From assembly GCA_017997475.1 (NCBI GenBank), contig JAGOEX010000002.1, positions 1-41,719 of the forward strand: a stretch of DNA of 41,719 nt, in the 5' to 3' direction. The position numbers and the translations under genes are program-made. The notes beneath the pieces are model-generated. The model saw only the letters and a list, made by a program, of their open reading frames with translations, made no database searches and was not told the origin of the DNA. This stretch comes from a bacterium (GTDB lineage Bacteria > UBP6 > UBA1177). Position 1 is the stretch's first letter. Every line of letters starts with the position of its first letter. Positions 27,716-38,625 of this stretch are shown piece after piece.

Positions 27716-30217
27716 ATGACAGAAATAATACATGGAAAGATAAAGGATATCGCGATAGAACAGTCCATGAAAACTGCTTTCATAGACTATGCGATGAGCG
27801 TAATAATGGATCGTTCTCTGCCTGATGTCAGGGACGGGCTTAAGCCGGTTCACCGCCGGGTTCTTTTTTCGATGAAAGAGCTTGGAAACACTTGGAATTC
27901 TTCGTATAAGAAATCAGCAAGGATCGTCGGAGACACAATAGGTAAATATCATCCCCACGGTGATCAGGCGGTTTATGGAACTCTTGTCAGGATGGCACAG
28001 ACCTTTTCAATGAGATATGTTCTTGTCGATGGTCAGGGAAACTTCGGATCTATCGATGGCGACAGTGCTGCCGCAATGCGTTACACCGAAGCAAGAATGG
28101 CAAAGATCGCAGGCGAGATCCTTGCAGATATAGATAAAGACACGGTAAACATGCGTGATAACTATGACGGCAGTTTGAAAGAACCGGAAGTCATGCCGAC
28201 GAGAATACCGACACTTCTCATTAACGGTACAAGCGGTATTGCAGTGGGTATGGCAAGCAACATTCCGCCGCATAACATTGTAGAGATAATAAATGCTGTA
28301 ATTCACCTTATTGACGATCCGGAAGCGACAGTTGTCGATCTTATGCAGCATGTTTCGGGACCTGATTTTCCTACAGGAGCCACTATCCTCGGCAGAACAG
28401 GCATAAGAACAGCATACGAAACAGGAAGAGGAATTATAAAGATCCGTTCAAAAGCCCGGATCGAACAAGCTGACAACTCCAATTCAAGAGACAGGATAGT
28501 CATTGATGAAATTCCGTATCAGGTTAATAAATCCAATATGATAATCCAGATCGCAGAGCTTGTGAAAGAAAAGAAAATAGAAGGAATTCATGACATAAGA
28601 GACGAGTCCGACAGAAGAGGGATCAGGGTTGTTATCGAGCTTAAGAAAGACGCTGACGGGAATATTCTCCTCAATCAGCTTTATAAAATGACTCAGATGC
28701 AGGTTTCATTCGGCATAAACATGCTCGCAATATGCAACGGTGTCCCGAAAACTATCAATCTCAGAGATACAATAAACCACTTTATACTTCATAGAAAAGA
28801 TGTCGTTACAAGAAGAACCCGTTATGAACTTAATGAAGCGGAAAAAAGAGCTCATATTCTCGAAGGACTGAAAAGAGCCATTGATAATATTGACGAAGTA
28901 ATTGAGATAATTAGAGGATCAGCTTCATCAGATGATGCAAGGAACAGTCTTATGAGCCGTTTTGCATTCAGCAGACCTCAGGCAGTCTCCATTCTTGAAA
29001 TGAAGTTAAGCCGTCTTACCGGTCTTGAAAGAGATAAGATCGTTTCCGAATATGAAGAACTGCTGAAAAAGATCTCCTGGTATAAAGAGATCCTGACGAA
29101 TGACTCCACTCTTATGGGTGTAATTAAAGCAGAACTGAAAGAGATAAAGGAAAAGTACGGTGACGAACGCAAGACCGATATTGTCAATTATGAAGGCGAT
29201 CTTGATATGGAAGATCTTATTGCTGACGAAGATATGGTCGTGACGCTGACTACGGAAAACTATATCAAGAGAACACCGCTTGATCTTTACAGAAAACAGA
29301 AGAGGGGAGGAAAGGGTATTAACGCCATAAATCCCAAGGAAAACGATTATGTTAAAGACATTTTTGTTGCAAGCAGCCACACACTTCTCCTTATTTTTAC
29401 CTCATATGGAAAGGTTTACTGGACAAAGGTCTATCAGCTTCCGGAAGCAGGAAGAAACAGCAGAGGGAAGCCGATAATCAACCTTGTTAATGTTGAAAAG
29501 GATGAAAGAGTTGCGGCAATACTTCCCATAAAACAGTTTGTTGAAGGTTGTTTTATTATGATGGGAACGAAGAAAGGAACCGTTAAAAAGACCGACATGA
29601 TGGAATATGCGATTCAGAGAACAAATGGCAAGAAGGCGATAAGACTGAATGAAGGCGATGAATTGATAGAGGTCAAGATCACTAAAGGTGATGATGATGT
29701 TGTTCTTGCAACAAAGGCGGGTCTCAGCATAAGATTCAATGAAAAAGATGTAAGACCTATGGGAAGAGTTGCGGCAGGTGTAAGAGGTATTAGACTCTCA
29801 AAGGATAATGAAGTTGTCACAATGGATGTTATTGAACCGGATACAACACTGCTGAGTATTACTGACAAAGGTATCGGAAAAAGAACTCCGATAGATGATT
29901 ACCGTCTTCAGAGCCGTGGCGGAAAAGGAATAATAACAATAAAAACTTCTGCCGAAAACGGCAATGTTGTCGGTGTATTAAAGGTCAATGAAACTGATGA
30001 GGCCATGCTGATCACTTCCAACGGACAGGCAATCAGGATACCTGTAAGCGGAATAAGTGTAATCGGAAGAAACACGAAAGGTGTCCGTCTGTTCAGAGTT
30101 GCAGAAGGCGAACATGTCGTATCAATAACAAAAATAGTTGACCCTGAAGACTCTTCAATTGAAGCTGAAGATGCAGTCGATCAAGAAGCGCCTGAAGAAG
30201 ATAGCGCTTCAGAATAA
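27716..30217 (+). CDS. gyrA: DNA gyrase subunit A
   Basis: [29 protein letters not shown] (active-site Tyr), C-terminal beta-pinwheel repeats, acidic tail. GGGGG RBS upstream. Confidence 0.97.
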   Translation: MTEIIHGKIKDIAIEQSMKTAFIDYAMSVIMDRSLPDVRDGLKPVHRRVLFSMKELGNTWNSSYKKSARIVGDTIGKYHPHGDQAVYGTLVRMAQTFSMRYVLVDGQGNFGSIDGDSAAAMRYTEARMAKIAGEILADIDKDTVNMRDNYDGSLKEPEVMPTRIPTLLINGTSGIAVGMASNIPPHNIVEIINAVIHLIDDPEATVVDLMQHVSGPDFPTGATILGRTGIRTAYETGRGIIKIRSKARIEQADNSNSRDRIVIDEIPYQVNKSNMIIQIAELVKEKKIEGIHDIRDESDRRGIRVVIELKKDADGNILLNQLYKMTQMQVSFGINMLAICNGVPKTINLRDTINHFILHRKDVVTRRTRYELNEAEKRAHILEGLKRAIDNIDEVIEIIRGSASSDDARNSLMSRFAFSRPQAVSILEMKLSRLTGLERDKIVSEYEELLKKISWYKEILTNDSTLMGVIKAELKEIKEKYGDERKTDIVNYEGDLDMEDLIADEDMVVTLTTENYIKRTPLDLYRKQKRGGKGINAINPKENDYVKDIFVASSHTLLLIFTSYGKVYWTKVYQLPEAGRNSRGKPIINLVNVEKDERVAAILPIKQFVEGCFIMMGTKKGTVKKTDMMEYAIQRTNGKKAIRLNEGDELIEVKITKGDDDVVLATKAGLSIRFNEKDVRPMGRVAAGVRGIRLSKDNEVVTMDVIEPDTTLLSITDKGIGKRTPIDDYRLQSRGGKGIITIKTSAENGNVVGVLKVNETDEAMLITSNGQAIRIPVSGISVIGRNTKGVRLFRVAEGEHVVSITKIVDPEDSSIEAEDAVDQEAPEEDSASE

Positions 30218-30258
30218 TGTTTCCATTATCCGGATTTATTCTTTGTAAAATAATTAAG

Positions 30259-30287
30259 TTGCAATTTGTTTCAGGTTGTGCAATAAT
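30259..30287 (+). promoter_or_regulatory. Putative sigma70-type promoter for the khpA operon
   Basis: TTGCAA (30259..30264)-17 nt-AATAAT (30282..30287), about 65 nt upstream of ATG 30355. Confidence 0.35.
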
Positions 30288-30354
30288 AAAATCCTTAGTT
30301 CTATGCTATTAGACATTTTGTTTATTGTATTTCCATCCCAAAAAGGAGGGGATC

Positions 30355-30594
30355 ATGAAGGAATTTATTGAATTCATTGCAAAAAAGCTTGTTGACAACC
30401 CTGACGCTGTAGATGTGAGTTTCATCGAAGGCAAGAACACAGCTATCATCGAACTCAGAGTTGCTCCGGAAGATGTTGGTAAAGTGATCGGAAAGAGCGG
30501 CCGGACTGCAAATGCGCTTCGCACACTGCTTAGTGCTGTTGCAAGCCGTCAGAGCCAGAAGATCGTTCTGGAAATCATCGAAGAGAAAAAGTAA
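30355..30594 (+). CDS. khpA: KH-domain RNA-binding protein (KhpA/YlqC, UPF0109)
   Basis: 79 aa: MKEFIEFIAKKLVDNPDAVDV...RVAPEDVGKVIGKSGRTANALRTLL (GxxG loop). AAGGAGGGG RBS sits inside the longer track ORF (30325), so ATG 30355 is the likely start. Confidence 0.85.
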   Translation: MKEFIEFIAKKLVDNPDAVDVSFIEGKNTAIIELRVAPEDVGKVIGKSGRTANALRTLLSAVASRQSQKIVLEIIEEKK

Positions 30595-32252
30595 TGTTTC
30601 CTCGAAGAAAAGTGCGGGCCTCGGAGTTCGCCGAAAGGAAAAAGGATACTTTTATGCTGAAGCATCTCGTGCTTCTGGTAATAGCCGGAGGGACACTTCT
30701 TTTTTTCATGATCAAATGGTCGGGAGAGGGAGATTATGACCGCTTCCAGAAAGCAAGGGAGTATTCTGAATATTACAAGGAATTCTTCGTAGAATCCCCT
30801 TTGAATTACAAAGTTTTTGATGACATGCCTCTTGTGATAAGAGCAACCAATCTCGGATCAGATTTCTGGAACAAAGAATTTTACGGAATGATTAGACAGT
30901 CTGAAAATGAAGTGAATGAAATACTGAGTGTTGCAAAACTCATAAATGAAACACATGAGGATGGCGGAAACATAGTGAAATACGAGCAGAACCTTTCTTC
31001 TTTTCCTGCACTGTTCGAACTTTTCACAGATGGAGCTGATTTGTCAGGAAGAACTCTTTTCAACCTTGCATGCGGTGAAATATTTGAATTCTGGGAAAGA
31101 GAGACAAGAAACTATAAAAGAAAGACTTCGGCATATGCAAAAGCCGAAACGGTCGCAGGATATCTTTTTGATAATCCTTCGCTCGCCCCTGTAGAGATCC
31201 AAAATAGAAAAAGACTTTTGGAGAATCTTACAAAAGAAAAAGCTGAAGCCAGCGTTTCAAAAGATGAAATAATAAAAAAGATCAAGCATTATGCAGATCA
31301 AAGTTTTGCAAACTTTCTGGACAATGCTTTAAACCGTCCGTCATCTCTGACAGATGCGGAACAACTGGCTCTGCTGATAAGTGTGCTCAAACACATTAAA
31401 ATGCATTCGGAAACGGCAGTTCTGCCGAAGATGGAAAACCTTAAAAGTTTCATCCCTTATGCAAAAGTTGAGAATATTCAGATAGATGAAGTCAAAAAAA
31501 GTGTCAGGATAACAAATCCCAACACAAGTGTGCCGGTCTCTTTTTTCAAAGAAGCGCTTTTTATGAAAAAACTTAGGGAGAAGCTTCCGAAAGAAAATTT
31601 TCACTATCTGATATTTGTCGGTGACAGACACGGAATGTGGCGGCTTCCTGAAAAATTCATGCGGTGGTCAGTTTCAATAGACGACCCGTATGCTGTAACT
31701 AACAAGGCCAGAGGTGCAATTAAACTTATGGCCGAAGAAGGATTTTTTGTGGTTACAAGAAAGAACGAGGAACTGATACTTTTAAAAATGGATGATCTGA
31801 GCGCCAGAATAAAGAAAGATATTGCTGAAATGACAGACAGCGAAAGCAGAAACAGCTACATGGCCGGTTTAAGGAAAGAGCACCCTTCAAGAAAGTATCT
31901 GTTCGATCCGGTAAAAATAAATGTTTTTCAAAGATTTGATACTCCCGTTGACTGGAGAAACGGATCCTCTGTTGAAAAGAATCTTTCTGCACTGGTGATA
32001 GATTCCGACCCTGTTAAAGCCAGGATGCTGTCGTATTCACTGTTTGTTTCAGATATGGATGATGTGAAAAAGTTTGAGACGGAATTCCCGTCAACGGTGT
32101 TTTCTGTGCTCAGATACGATGATACAGTGTATGTGCCTGATAAACTAAAGGAAAATTTTATGACTCTTGAAGATATCGAAAAAGCCAAGCTGCAGTTTGA
32201 ATATCGCTCAAAAGGTCTTAATCCCGATGGTTCCGTGCCTGAAAAGAAATGA
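30594..32252 (+). CDS. Hypothetical membrane-anchored protein
   Basis: 552-aa ORF. TM LVLLVIAGGTLLFFMI near the N terminus. Start is either ATG 30594 (TAATG overlap with the khpA stop) or ATG 30654 (AAGGA 8 nt upstream). No motif recognised. Confidence 0.55.
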   Translation: MFPRRKVRASEFAERKKDTFMLKHLVLLVIAGGTLLFFMIKWSGEGDYDRFQKAREYSEYYKEFFVESPLNYKVFDDMPLVIRATNLGSDFWNKEFYGMIRQSENEVNEILSVAKLINETHEDGGNIVKYEQNLSSFPALFELFTDGADLSGRTLFNLACGEIFEFWERETRNYKRKTSAYAKAETVAGYLFDNPSLAPVEIQNRKRLLENLTKEKAEASVSKDEIIKKIKHYADQSFANFLDNALNRPSSLTDAEQLALLISVLKHIKMHSETAVLPKMENLKSFIPYAKVENIQIDEVKKSVRITNPNTSVPVSFFKEALFMKKLREKLPKENFHYLIFVGDRHGMWRLPEKFMRWSVSIDDPYAVTNKARGAIKLMAEEGFFVVTRKNEELILLKMDDLSARIKKDIAEMTDSESRNSYMAGLRKEHPSRKYLFDPVKINVFQRFDTPVDWRNGSSVEKNLSALVIDSDPVKARMLSYSLFVSDMDDVKKFETEFPSTVFSVLRYDDTVYVPDKLKENFMTLEDIEKAKLQFEYRSKGLNPDGSVPEKK

Positions 32253-33481
32253 CAACACCTTATGTTCCCCTTTATTCAGCACTCAGACCCCAAACTTTTG
32301 ATGATATAGCAGGACAGGAAAGTGTAATCAAGCTTATCCGGTCGTTCCTGTCTAAGGATTTTCTTCCTTCAATGATATTTTACGGACCTCCCGGCACAGG
32401 AAAGACAACTATTGCAAGGATAGCTTCAGAACAGTTCGGTGCGAAGATGTACCGTTTTTCGGCAGTTGTTGACGGAGTGAGTGAAATAAAAAAGAAGATC
32501 TATGCAGACAGCGGCTCTGTTCTTGTAGGAAGGCAGATAGTTTTTATTGATGAAGTCCACAGGTTCAATAAGGCACAGCAGGATATTTTTCTTCCCATGA
32601 TAGAAAGCGAAGGTGTCATTTTCATAGGCGCAACTACTGAAAATCCCTCGTTTTATATCAATGATGCTCTGCTTTCAAGGGCTAGATGCATTAAATTTTC
32701 AAAAATATCTTCCAGTGAAACTTTGAGTGTTCTGAAAAAGGCGGCAAGCCATCTTAATGCAACAATTCCGGAAGATCTGCAATCGGTCATTGCACAGGAA
32801 TCGGGTGGAGATCTGAGGATAGCAATTTCGATCCTTGAGAGTGCGTTTCATCTTTCTTCAAATGGTGTGATAAAAAAAGAAGATGTGATGGAACTTATTG
32901 AAAATCCTCAGAAATATGATAAAAAAGGTGATTATCATTACAGAACCATATCTGCATTTATTAAAAGTTTGCGGGGTAGTGATCCCGATGCGGCTTTATA
33001 TTATCTGGTAAAAATGGTCGAAAGCGGGGACGATCCTCTTTTTCTGTTGAGAAGGATGATAATTTTTGCTTCCGAAGATGTGGGAAATGCAGATCCGAGA
33101 GCACTTCAGCTTGCCGTATCGGCCCTTGAGGGTTTCAAGGCAGTCGGATTCCCGGAAGGAAAAATTATTCTCAGTCACATTGTCACATATCTTGCAACGG
33201 CGCCAAAAAGCAATGCGAGCTATATGGCACTGAAAGAGGCAGAGGATTTTTACAGGAACAATCCAGATCTTAAAATACCGCAATATCTCATAAATTCATC
33301 ATCACTGGCTCCAGATGAGGAAAAAGGGGAATACAGGTATCCGCATGATCACAAAGATCAGTGGGTCGACCAGAGATATTTTCCCGGAGAAGGCGAGCCG
33401 GCATCGTTCTATAAAATGAAAAATTCGGGTTATGAATCCAAGGTGAAGGCCTATTGGGAAAGAATAAAAAAAGGGGTTTGA
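32249..33481 (+). CDS. rarA: Replication-associated recombination protein A (MgsA/RarA AAA+ ATPase)
   Basis: 410 aa. LRPQTFDDIAGQ, GPPGTGKTT, IVFIDEVHRFNKAQQD, GATTENPSF, SGGDLR, C-terminal MgsA domain (SGDPDAALYYL...ASEDVGNADP). ATGA overlap with the upstream gene. Confidence 0.93.
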   Translation: MTTPYVPLYSALRPQTFDDIAGQESVIKLIRSFLSKDFLPSMIFYGPPGTGKTTIARIASEQFGAKMYRFSAVVDGVSEIKKKIYADSGSVLVGRQIVFIDEVHRFNKAQQDIFLPMIESEGVIFIGATTENPSFYINDALLSRARCIKFSKISSSETLSVLKKAASHLNATIPEDLQSVIAQESGGDLRIAISILESAFHLSSNGVIKKEDVMELIENPQKYDKKGDYHYRTISAFIKSLRGSDPDAALYYLVKMVESGDDPLFLLRRMIIFASEDVGNADPRALQLAVSALEGFKAVGFPEGKIILSHIVTYLATAPKSNASYMALKEAEDFYRNNPDLKIPQYLINSSSLAPDEEKGEYRYPHDHKDQWVDQRYFPGEGEPASFYKMKNSGYESKVKAYWERIKKGV

Positions 33482-33495
33482 CCACCGTCTTTTTT
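33473..33495 (+). terminator. Weak candidate intrinsic terminator after rarA
   Basis: GGGGT-TTG-ACCaCC hairpin (5 bp with one bulge) overlapping the stop codon, then gtc and TTTTTT (33490..33495). Short stem, so low confidence. Confidence 0.25.
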
Positions 33496-33584
33496 GTGTT
33501 CCCGGGAATTACAAAAAATAGTTGACCTTAAATAGAATTTATAATACCCTGAAAAAGTAGGCATTCGCGAGGTTTTAACGGATA

Positions 33585-35933
33585 ATGAGAGTCAGTGTTT
33601 TTTTTCTATTTTTTATCTCTTTTACAACTGTTTACGGGTATCATGAATGCCTTAATCAGGATGAAGTTTCCGAAGAGTGCATCAAGGAAATTTACAGCGA
33701 AAAGGAATATGCTTTTGTCATTGGACAGATAGATGATGTAAAGTTTAATAATAAGAATGACGGCTTGATATTGAAAATAGACTCTCTTTTCAGATCAGCA
33801 AATTATGATGAGATCGAGAAGAACATTAATAAGCTCCCGATGAATCTGAGAAACACACTTTACTATAAGGTCCTTCTGCTTAAAACGAGTTTTGCCAGAA
33901 AAAGGTTCAATCAGACACTTGAAATGATAGAGTCTGTCAAAAAGGAATATCCTTATTACTATGTTTCAAGTGATCTTGAATGTGTCAAGGCGGATATTAT
34001 GCTCTTTAGAAAACAGTATGACGGGGCACTTGAAAATTATGACAGATGCCTGAAAATAAGATCAAACATAATTTCGTCATACAACCGGATCGTGGCGCTG
34101 GAAAAGAACGGTTCTCCAAAAATTACATTTCTGAAGGATTATCTTGAATACTATGAATCAAATGAAGGAACATTCCTGACAAGCAGGATCGTTGACCGCT
34201 TAGTTCAAATGAAAAAGAAAAGCAATCTTCCGAATGCCGCGTCCCCGTATTATTCAAGATGGCTTGCTGTCATGAGAAAAAGCTCCAAGCTTGACCTTTT
34301 CTTCAATGATGAATATCTGACGATCTCTCTCCCGGCTAACAGCGAGATAATAAAGTATCTTGTGGGCAAAAAGCGTTTTTCGGATGCTTTAAGCATGATA
34401 GATGCCTCAATTGCCAAGCTTGAAAAAGATGTTGAAATGAAATTCAACTATGTCGTCGAGAAATACAGAACTCTTGTTGCAGCAGGACAGGATAAGGCCG
34501 CGGCCGACTATATGGTTTCAGTTGCCGACCAGTTTTCCAATTCCAAAAAAGACCGGCTTCTTTTCTTTGCCGGAACGATATATTTTGATGCCGGATTTGT
34601 TTTTGAAAGCAAAAAAATACTTGAGGAGATGGTTTATAAGAATCAAGCTTCTAAATATTTTCTGCTTGCGCTTTTCAAACTGGGATTGATCTATCTCAGT
34701 GAGGGCAGCGATCTTTACACTTTCTCGCTGTGGACAAATTACATCTACGGGAATGGACTGAACTATTCAAAATTTGTCAGCGGGCAGAAAGTATATGAGG
34801 CAATATCAGGACTGATCGGTACGATTGACCGGCTCAACGGTTTCTGTACGTTTTCATCAGAGATAGATCCGGACTGTCAGCTCGGAAGCGTGTGTCAGCA
34901 GAACAACGGAAGCAGATTTATAACATATTACGATTTCCTATATTTTCATCTGACAGGAATGGTCGATTTCAGCAAAAAGATCGATGTTTCTGACAAAAGT
35001 TATGTGAATAAGTGGAAAGAAAACACTTTTTCAGCCGAAGTTGATGAAGAGATAATACTTGAGCGGTTTGACATGCTTTCGCATGCGGCAAAAAAGATAG
35101 AGCCGGCTCTAATGATAAAGCAGTTTGTCCTTTTAAATAATAGGGACGGCGTTGAGTTTTATCTGAATTATGTGAACTCGGTGATCGGTTTTAATGAACG
35201 GAAAAATTACAGCCCTGATATAAAGTTTCTTGAGAAAAAAGCTTATGAGGAGCAATCAGTCAGATTTTCAGAATTCAGATATAAAACTGATGTGGTTTTT
35301 AAACATTATTTCAGAAAGACGGGAGATCTTGCTGATCACTACTACAACCTTGTGAGCCCTGAACTCACATATTCTCCACATTACGGCAAGATAGAAGAGT
35401 GGAAGCTGATCTATCCGACCCCTTTCATTGATGAGATATTAAAGCTTTCTGTCGAATTTGAAGTGCCTGTGCAGCTCATTTATTCAATAATGAGGGCCGA
35501 AACATATTACAGGGATGATCTTTCTTCAAATGTCGGGGCGCTCGGATTAATGCAGATAATGCCTGTGACATTTGAAAAAATAAGTAAGTTCGGAGGCATA
35601 AAGATAAATGACCCCATGAATCCATATGACAGCATGAAGGCATCGGTGTGGTATCTTTCAAAGCTTCTGAAGCGGTTTGACAACAACTATGCCGCTGCTG
35701 TTGCCGCATACAATGCAGGTCCTCACAGGGTTTCTGAATGGATAACAAGATATAAGGGAAGCGAAAAATATATTTTTGTGGAGATGATCCCTTTTCATGA
35801 AACAAGGAACTATGTAAAAAAAGTTCTGCGATTCATGGAGATCTACAGTTATCTTTATGAAGGCGTCTTTTATGATATGGGATTAAAGGGAGTGATAAAT
35901 ATTGAAGAAAATCCGGCAGTTGTTAATTTTTAG
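33585..35933 (+). CDS. Slt70-like soluble lytic murein transglycosylase (superhelical N-terminal region plus C-terminal SLT domain)
   Basis: 782 aa. Signal peptide VFFLFFISFTTVYG. Long alpha-helical TPR-like region. C-terminal SLT motifs IMRAETYY, GALGLMQIMP, AAYNAGPHRV. Confidence 0.8.
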   Translation: MRVSVFFLFFISFTTVYGYHECLNQDEVSEECIKEIYSEKEYAFVIGQIDDVKFNNKNDGLILKIDSLFRSANYDEIEKNINKLPMNLRNTLYYKVLLLKTSFARKRFNQTLEMIESVKKEYPYYYVSSDLECVKADIMLFRKQYDGALENYDRCLKIRSNIISSYNRIVALEKNGSPKITFLKDYLEYYESNEGTFLTSRIVDRLVQMKKKSNLPNAASPYYSRWLAVMRKSSKLDLFFNDEYLTISLPANSEIIKYLVGKKRFSDALSMIDASIAKLEKDVEMKFNYVVEKYRTLVAAGQDKAAADYMVSVADQFSNSKKDRLLFFAGTIYFDAGFVFESKKILEEMVYKNQASKYFLLALFKLGLIYLSEGSDLYTFSLWTNYIYGNGLNYSKFVSGQKVYEAISGLIGTIDRLNGFCTFSSEIDPDCQLGSVCQQNNGSRFITYYDFLYFHLTGMVDFSKKIDVSDKSYVNKWKENTFSAEVDEEIILERFDMLSHAAKKIEPALMIKQFVLLNNRDGVEFYLNYVNSVIGFNERKNYSPDIKFLEKKAYEEQSVRFSEFRYKTDVVFKHYFRKTGDLADHYYNLVSPELTYSPHYGKIEEWKLIYPTPFIDEILKLSVEFEVPVQLIYSIMRAETYYRDDLSSNVGALGLMQIMPVTFEKISKFGGIKINDPMNPYDSMKASVWYLSKLLKRFDNNYAAAVAAYNAGPHRVSEWITRYKGSEKYIFVEMIPFHETRNYVKKVLRFMEIYSYLYEGVFYDMGLKGVINIEENPAVVNF

Positions 35934-37440
35934 TTTTTTTCTGTGTTCAATTCTTGCCGCACAGAACAGTGAATTTGATTTTATGCACAGCGCATCATTT
36001 AAATTCAGCAAAGGCGTTCCTTTCATCAGAGCTCACATAAAAGGGTACCATTCGGGTGTCGAAGTAAAAAATGTCACTTCTTTCAAGTGTAACGGCAAAA
36101 CGGTCAAGACAGGTTCCTTCAGGGTCTTTGTCAATAAGTTCAATTCTCAGGAAGTCATGTACAAACTCTCTTTTCAGGAACTTTCAGTGCCCGAGCTCAA
36201 GTCGTATGCGGGAACTCTCGCCAAATGGGAGGAAGATGCAGAAATTCCGATGGAGATATATGTTCACGGTGCGATCTTTTCCATCAACACTTTAAAGATA
36301 GATAACAGGGAATATTATATTGCGGCCAGGGAGCTGCTAAGCAGAGAAAGCGCATATAAACAGCTTGCGAAATACCGGAGTGAATTTCCGGGAAGCAACA
36401 TATCGCTCATACCGGTTCTGACGAAACCTTCATCATCAGTAATTAAAGTAAAATCTCAGGATGGAAAGAACCATGAATGTCTCAACATAGTGACAGTCGG
36501 AAAAGAATCTTTTTTTCACGCGGGAGATGACAGATACGGATCAAATTCCGAATTTTTCTTTACCGCTTCTTCAAATAAGTCGCTGGAGCTGTCGATCGAG
36601 GATTCTGTTGAAAATCTTGTAAAGCAGATCCTTCCGGGTGAAATGTTTCTTTCGGCTCCGCTTGAGACATTGAAAGCACAGGCAGTTGCGGCAAGGACTG
36701 ATATCTTCATGCAGCTTGGGAAAAGGCATGTTTCTGAACCATGGCACATTTGCAGTGAAGTTCACTGTCAGAAGATCCTCTGGGGAAAAGAGATAGATCC
36801 CAAGTTTGTTGCTGCCGTCAAGGAAACTGAAGGAATGGTTATTATGTTTAAGGGGTCGCATATTGCAAGAGCCCCTTACTGTTCTTCATCAGGAGGAAAG
36901 ACAGAAGATATCCGGCATGTCTGGTTTTCTGCAGAAAAACAGTATCTTAAAGGAGTATGGGATGGCGAAACGCCACTGGAACTGGATCTTTCAAAAGAAG
37001 ATGACTTAAAAAAATTTCTTGATTCTGATTATGGAGAAGACAACATTCCGATGAATAAAAAGCACAGATGGAGTGTAACATACAGACAGGAAGAACTTGA
37101 CGAAATTGTAAATAAATCGTTAAATATAGGGACAATACATTCCATTGAAGCACTCGCCAGAGGAGTTTCGGGAAGGATTTATAAAGCCGTTTTCAAGGGT
37201 TCCGGAGGAACAGAAACTGTGTATGGAGAACTCAACATAAGAAAGATCCTGAACAATATGAACAGTTCCGCTTTCATCGTTTCAAAGGGGGAAGGCATAT
37301 GGACATTTTCCGGTGCAGGATGGGGACATGGAGTGGGAATGAGCCAGATGGGGGCAATTTCTCTTGGCAGAAAGAATAAGGATTTCAAATACATAATGAA
37401 AAGATACTACCCTGGAACTGAAGTTACTAAAATTTATTAG
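35902..37440 (+). CDS. SpoIID/LytB-domain protein (peptidoglycan remodelling)
   Basis: 512 aa. TTG start with GGGAG 9 nt upstream, then an immediate signal peptide KKIRQLLIFSFFLCSILAAQN. ETLKAQAVAARTD, YCSSSGGKTED, GHGVGMSQMGA are SpoIID-family hallmarks. Overlaps the slt 3' end by 32 nt. Confidence 0.85.
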   Translation: MKKIRQLLIFSFFLCSILAAQNSEFDFMHSASFKFSKGVPFIRAHIKGYHSGVEVKNVTSFKCNGKTVKTGSFRVFVNKFNSQEVMYKLSFQELSVPELKSYAGTLAKWEEDAEIPMEIYVHGAIFSINTLKIDNREYYIAARELLSRESAYKQLAKYRSEFPGSNISLIPVLTKPSSSVIKVKSQDGKNHECLNIVTVGKESFFHAGDDRYGSNSEFFFTASSNKSLELSIEDSVENLVKQILPGEMFLSAPLETLKAQAVAARTDIFMQLGKRHVSEPWHICSEVHCQKILWGKEIDPKFVAAVKETEGMVIMFKGSHIARAPYCSSSGGKTEDIRHVWFSAEKQYLKGVWDGETPLELDLSKEDDLKKFLDSDYGEDNIPMNKKHRWSVTYRQEELDEIVNKSLNIGTIHSIEALARGVSGRIYKAVFKGSGGTETVYGELNIRKILNNMNSSAFIVSKGEGIWTFSGAGWGHGVGMSQMGAISLGRKNKDFKYIMKRYYPGTEVTKIY

Positions 37441-37457
37441 ATACCCGGAGGGAAACC

Positions 37458-38618
37458 ATGAAAAAGATCTTTATTGTCTTTCTTTTTATCTTTTTTGCAG
37501 GGTGTGCTTCAACACCGGTTAAAGACGAGCCAAAAGATACAAAAGAGGAACAGTTGAGGGTTGTTGAGTCGACCCATGCACTCTATGTGACTCCCAAAAG
37601 TGTCGAGCTTATGAAACTTGAAGATGTCGATAAAAAGGAGCGCGTCTTTGAAGAAGATCTGAATAATATCTTTGAAATGGCTAATAAATTCTTTGACTTG
37701 AGAAGATACGAAGAAGCGGAAAAACACTATAGAAACCTTCTTGAGAAAAACCCGGATCACCCTTCATCGGCTTACTGTTACTACAATCTCGGTCTTATTT
37801 ATATGAGAGTGACCCGCTGGGATGATGCTGAGACCAGTTTTCTCCAGGCATACAACGCATTCGAGCGGGAGCAGGATAAAAAAGATGCACTGCTCAACTA
37901 TTTTGAATCACTTAAAAAAGCTGAAAAATGGGCATCACTTCTTTATGAAAGTGAAAAATTCATAAACAACAATCCGTTCAAGCTCAATTTCCACGAAGAG
38001 GCGAAACAGGAGATCTCGCTCAGATATGCTGAATCGCTGATCATGACAGGCAAGGTTGAAGAAGGTCGCAAACTTGCTGAATACTGGATATTCGAGATAA
38101 CTAAGAAACTTCCCAGATACGAAGCTATATATATTCCGGAACTTTCTCTGGCATATTATGTTTTTGGAAGGAGTTTTGTTTATGAATTCAATATGTTGAA
38201 ACTTGATACGACAACGGACAAACTTGAAGAGAAATGTAAAAAGATCATTGAGGCACAGACTCAGTTCATAAAGTCGATAAATGTCGGCGTGATTTTCTGG
38301 ACAAATGCAAGTGCCTATGAAGTTGCCAAACTTTATATGGACCTTTATGCTGAAATGGAAGGACATCCGGTTCCACAGGAATTGAACGACGAAGAGAAAA
38401 AATGTTATAAATGTGAACTGTGGAAGAAGATATCGAATTTGTTAAAAAAATCGAGAAAGACCCTTGTGGCGAGCATTGATGCGGCAAAAAAGATAAATGA
38501 GGAGAATGAATACACTCAGATGAGCTTTAAAATGATCGAAGAGATCGACAGAATATATGAGTCAAAGGAAGCTGATTGTAAGGTCTTTGAAGAAGTAAAA
38601 TCAGTAAAAGCACAGTAA
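37458..38618 (+). CDS. TPR-repeat lipoprotein, function unknown
   Basis: 386 aa. Lipobox FFAGC. TPR-like segments ([46 protein letters not shown]). GGAGGG RBS. Confidence 0.6.
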   Translation: MKKIFIVFLFIFFAGCASTPVKDEPKDTKEEQLRVVESTHALYVTPKSVELMKLEDVDKKERVFEEDLNNIFEMANKFFDLRRYEEAEKHYRNLLEKNPDHPSSAYCYYNLGLIYMRVTRWDDAETSFLQAYNAFEREQDKKDALLNYFESLKKAEKWASLLYESEKFINNNPFKLNFHEEAKQEISLRYAESLIMTGKVEEGRKLAEYWIFEITKKLPRYEAIYIPELSLAYYVFGRSFVYEFNMLKLDTTTDKLEEKCKKIIEAQTQFIKSINVGVIFWTNASAYEVAKLYMDLYAEMEGHPVPQELNDEEKKCYKCELWKKISNLLKKSRKTLVASIDAAKKINEENEYTQMSFKMIEEIDRIYESKEADCKVFEEVKSVKAQ

Positions 38619-38625
38619 ATCACAA

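Noticed and set aside
30211-30242. Inverted repeat AGAATAA...TTATTCT after gyrA as a terminator
   Set aside because: The stem is 7 bp and all but one pair is A-T. The loop is 18 nt and there is no proper T-tract, so it is unlikely to be stable.
33522-33545. TTGACC ... TATAAT upstream of slt as a promoter
   Set aside because: The spacer is only 12 nt, which is incompatible with sigma70 geometry. The real promoter is undetermined.
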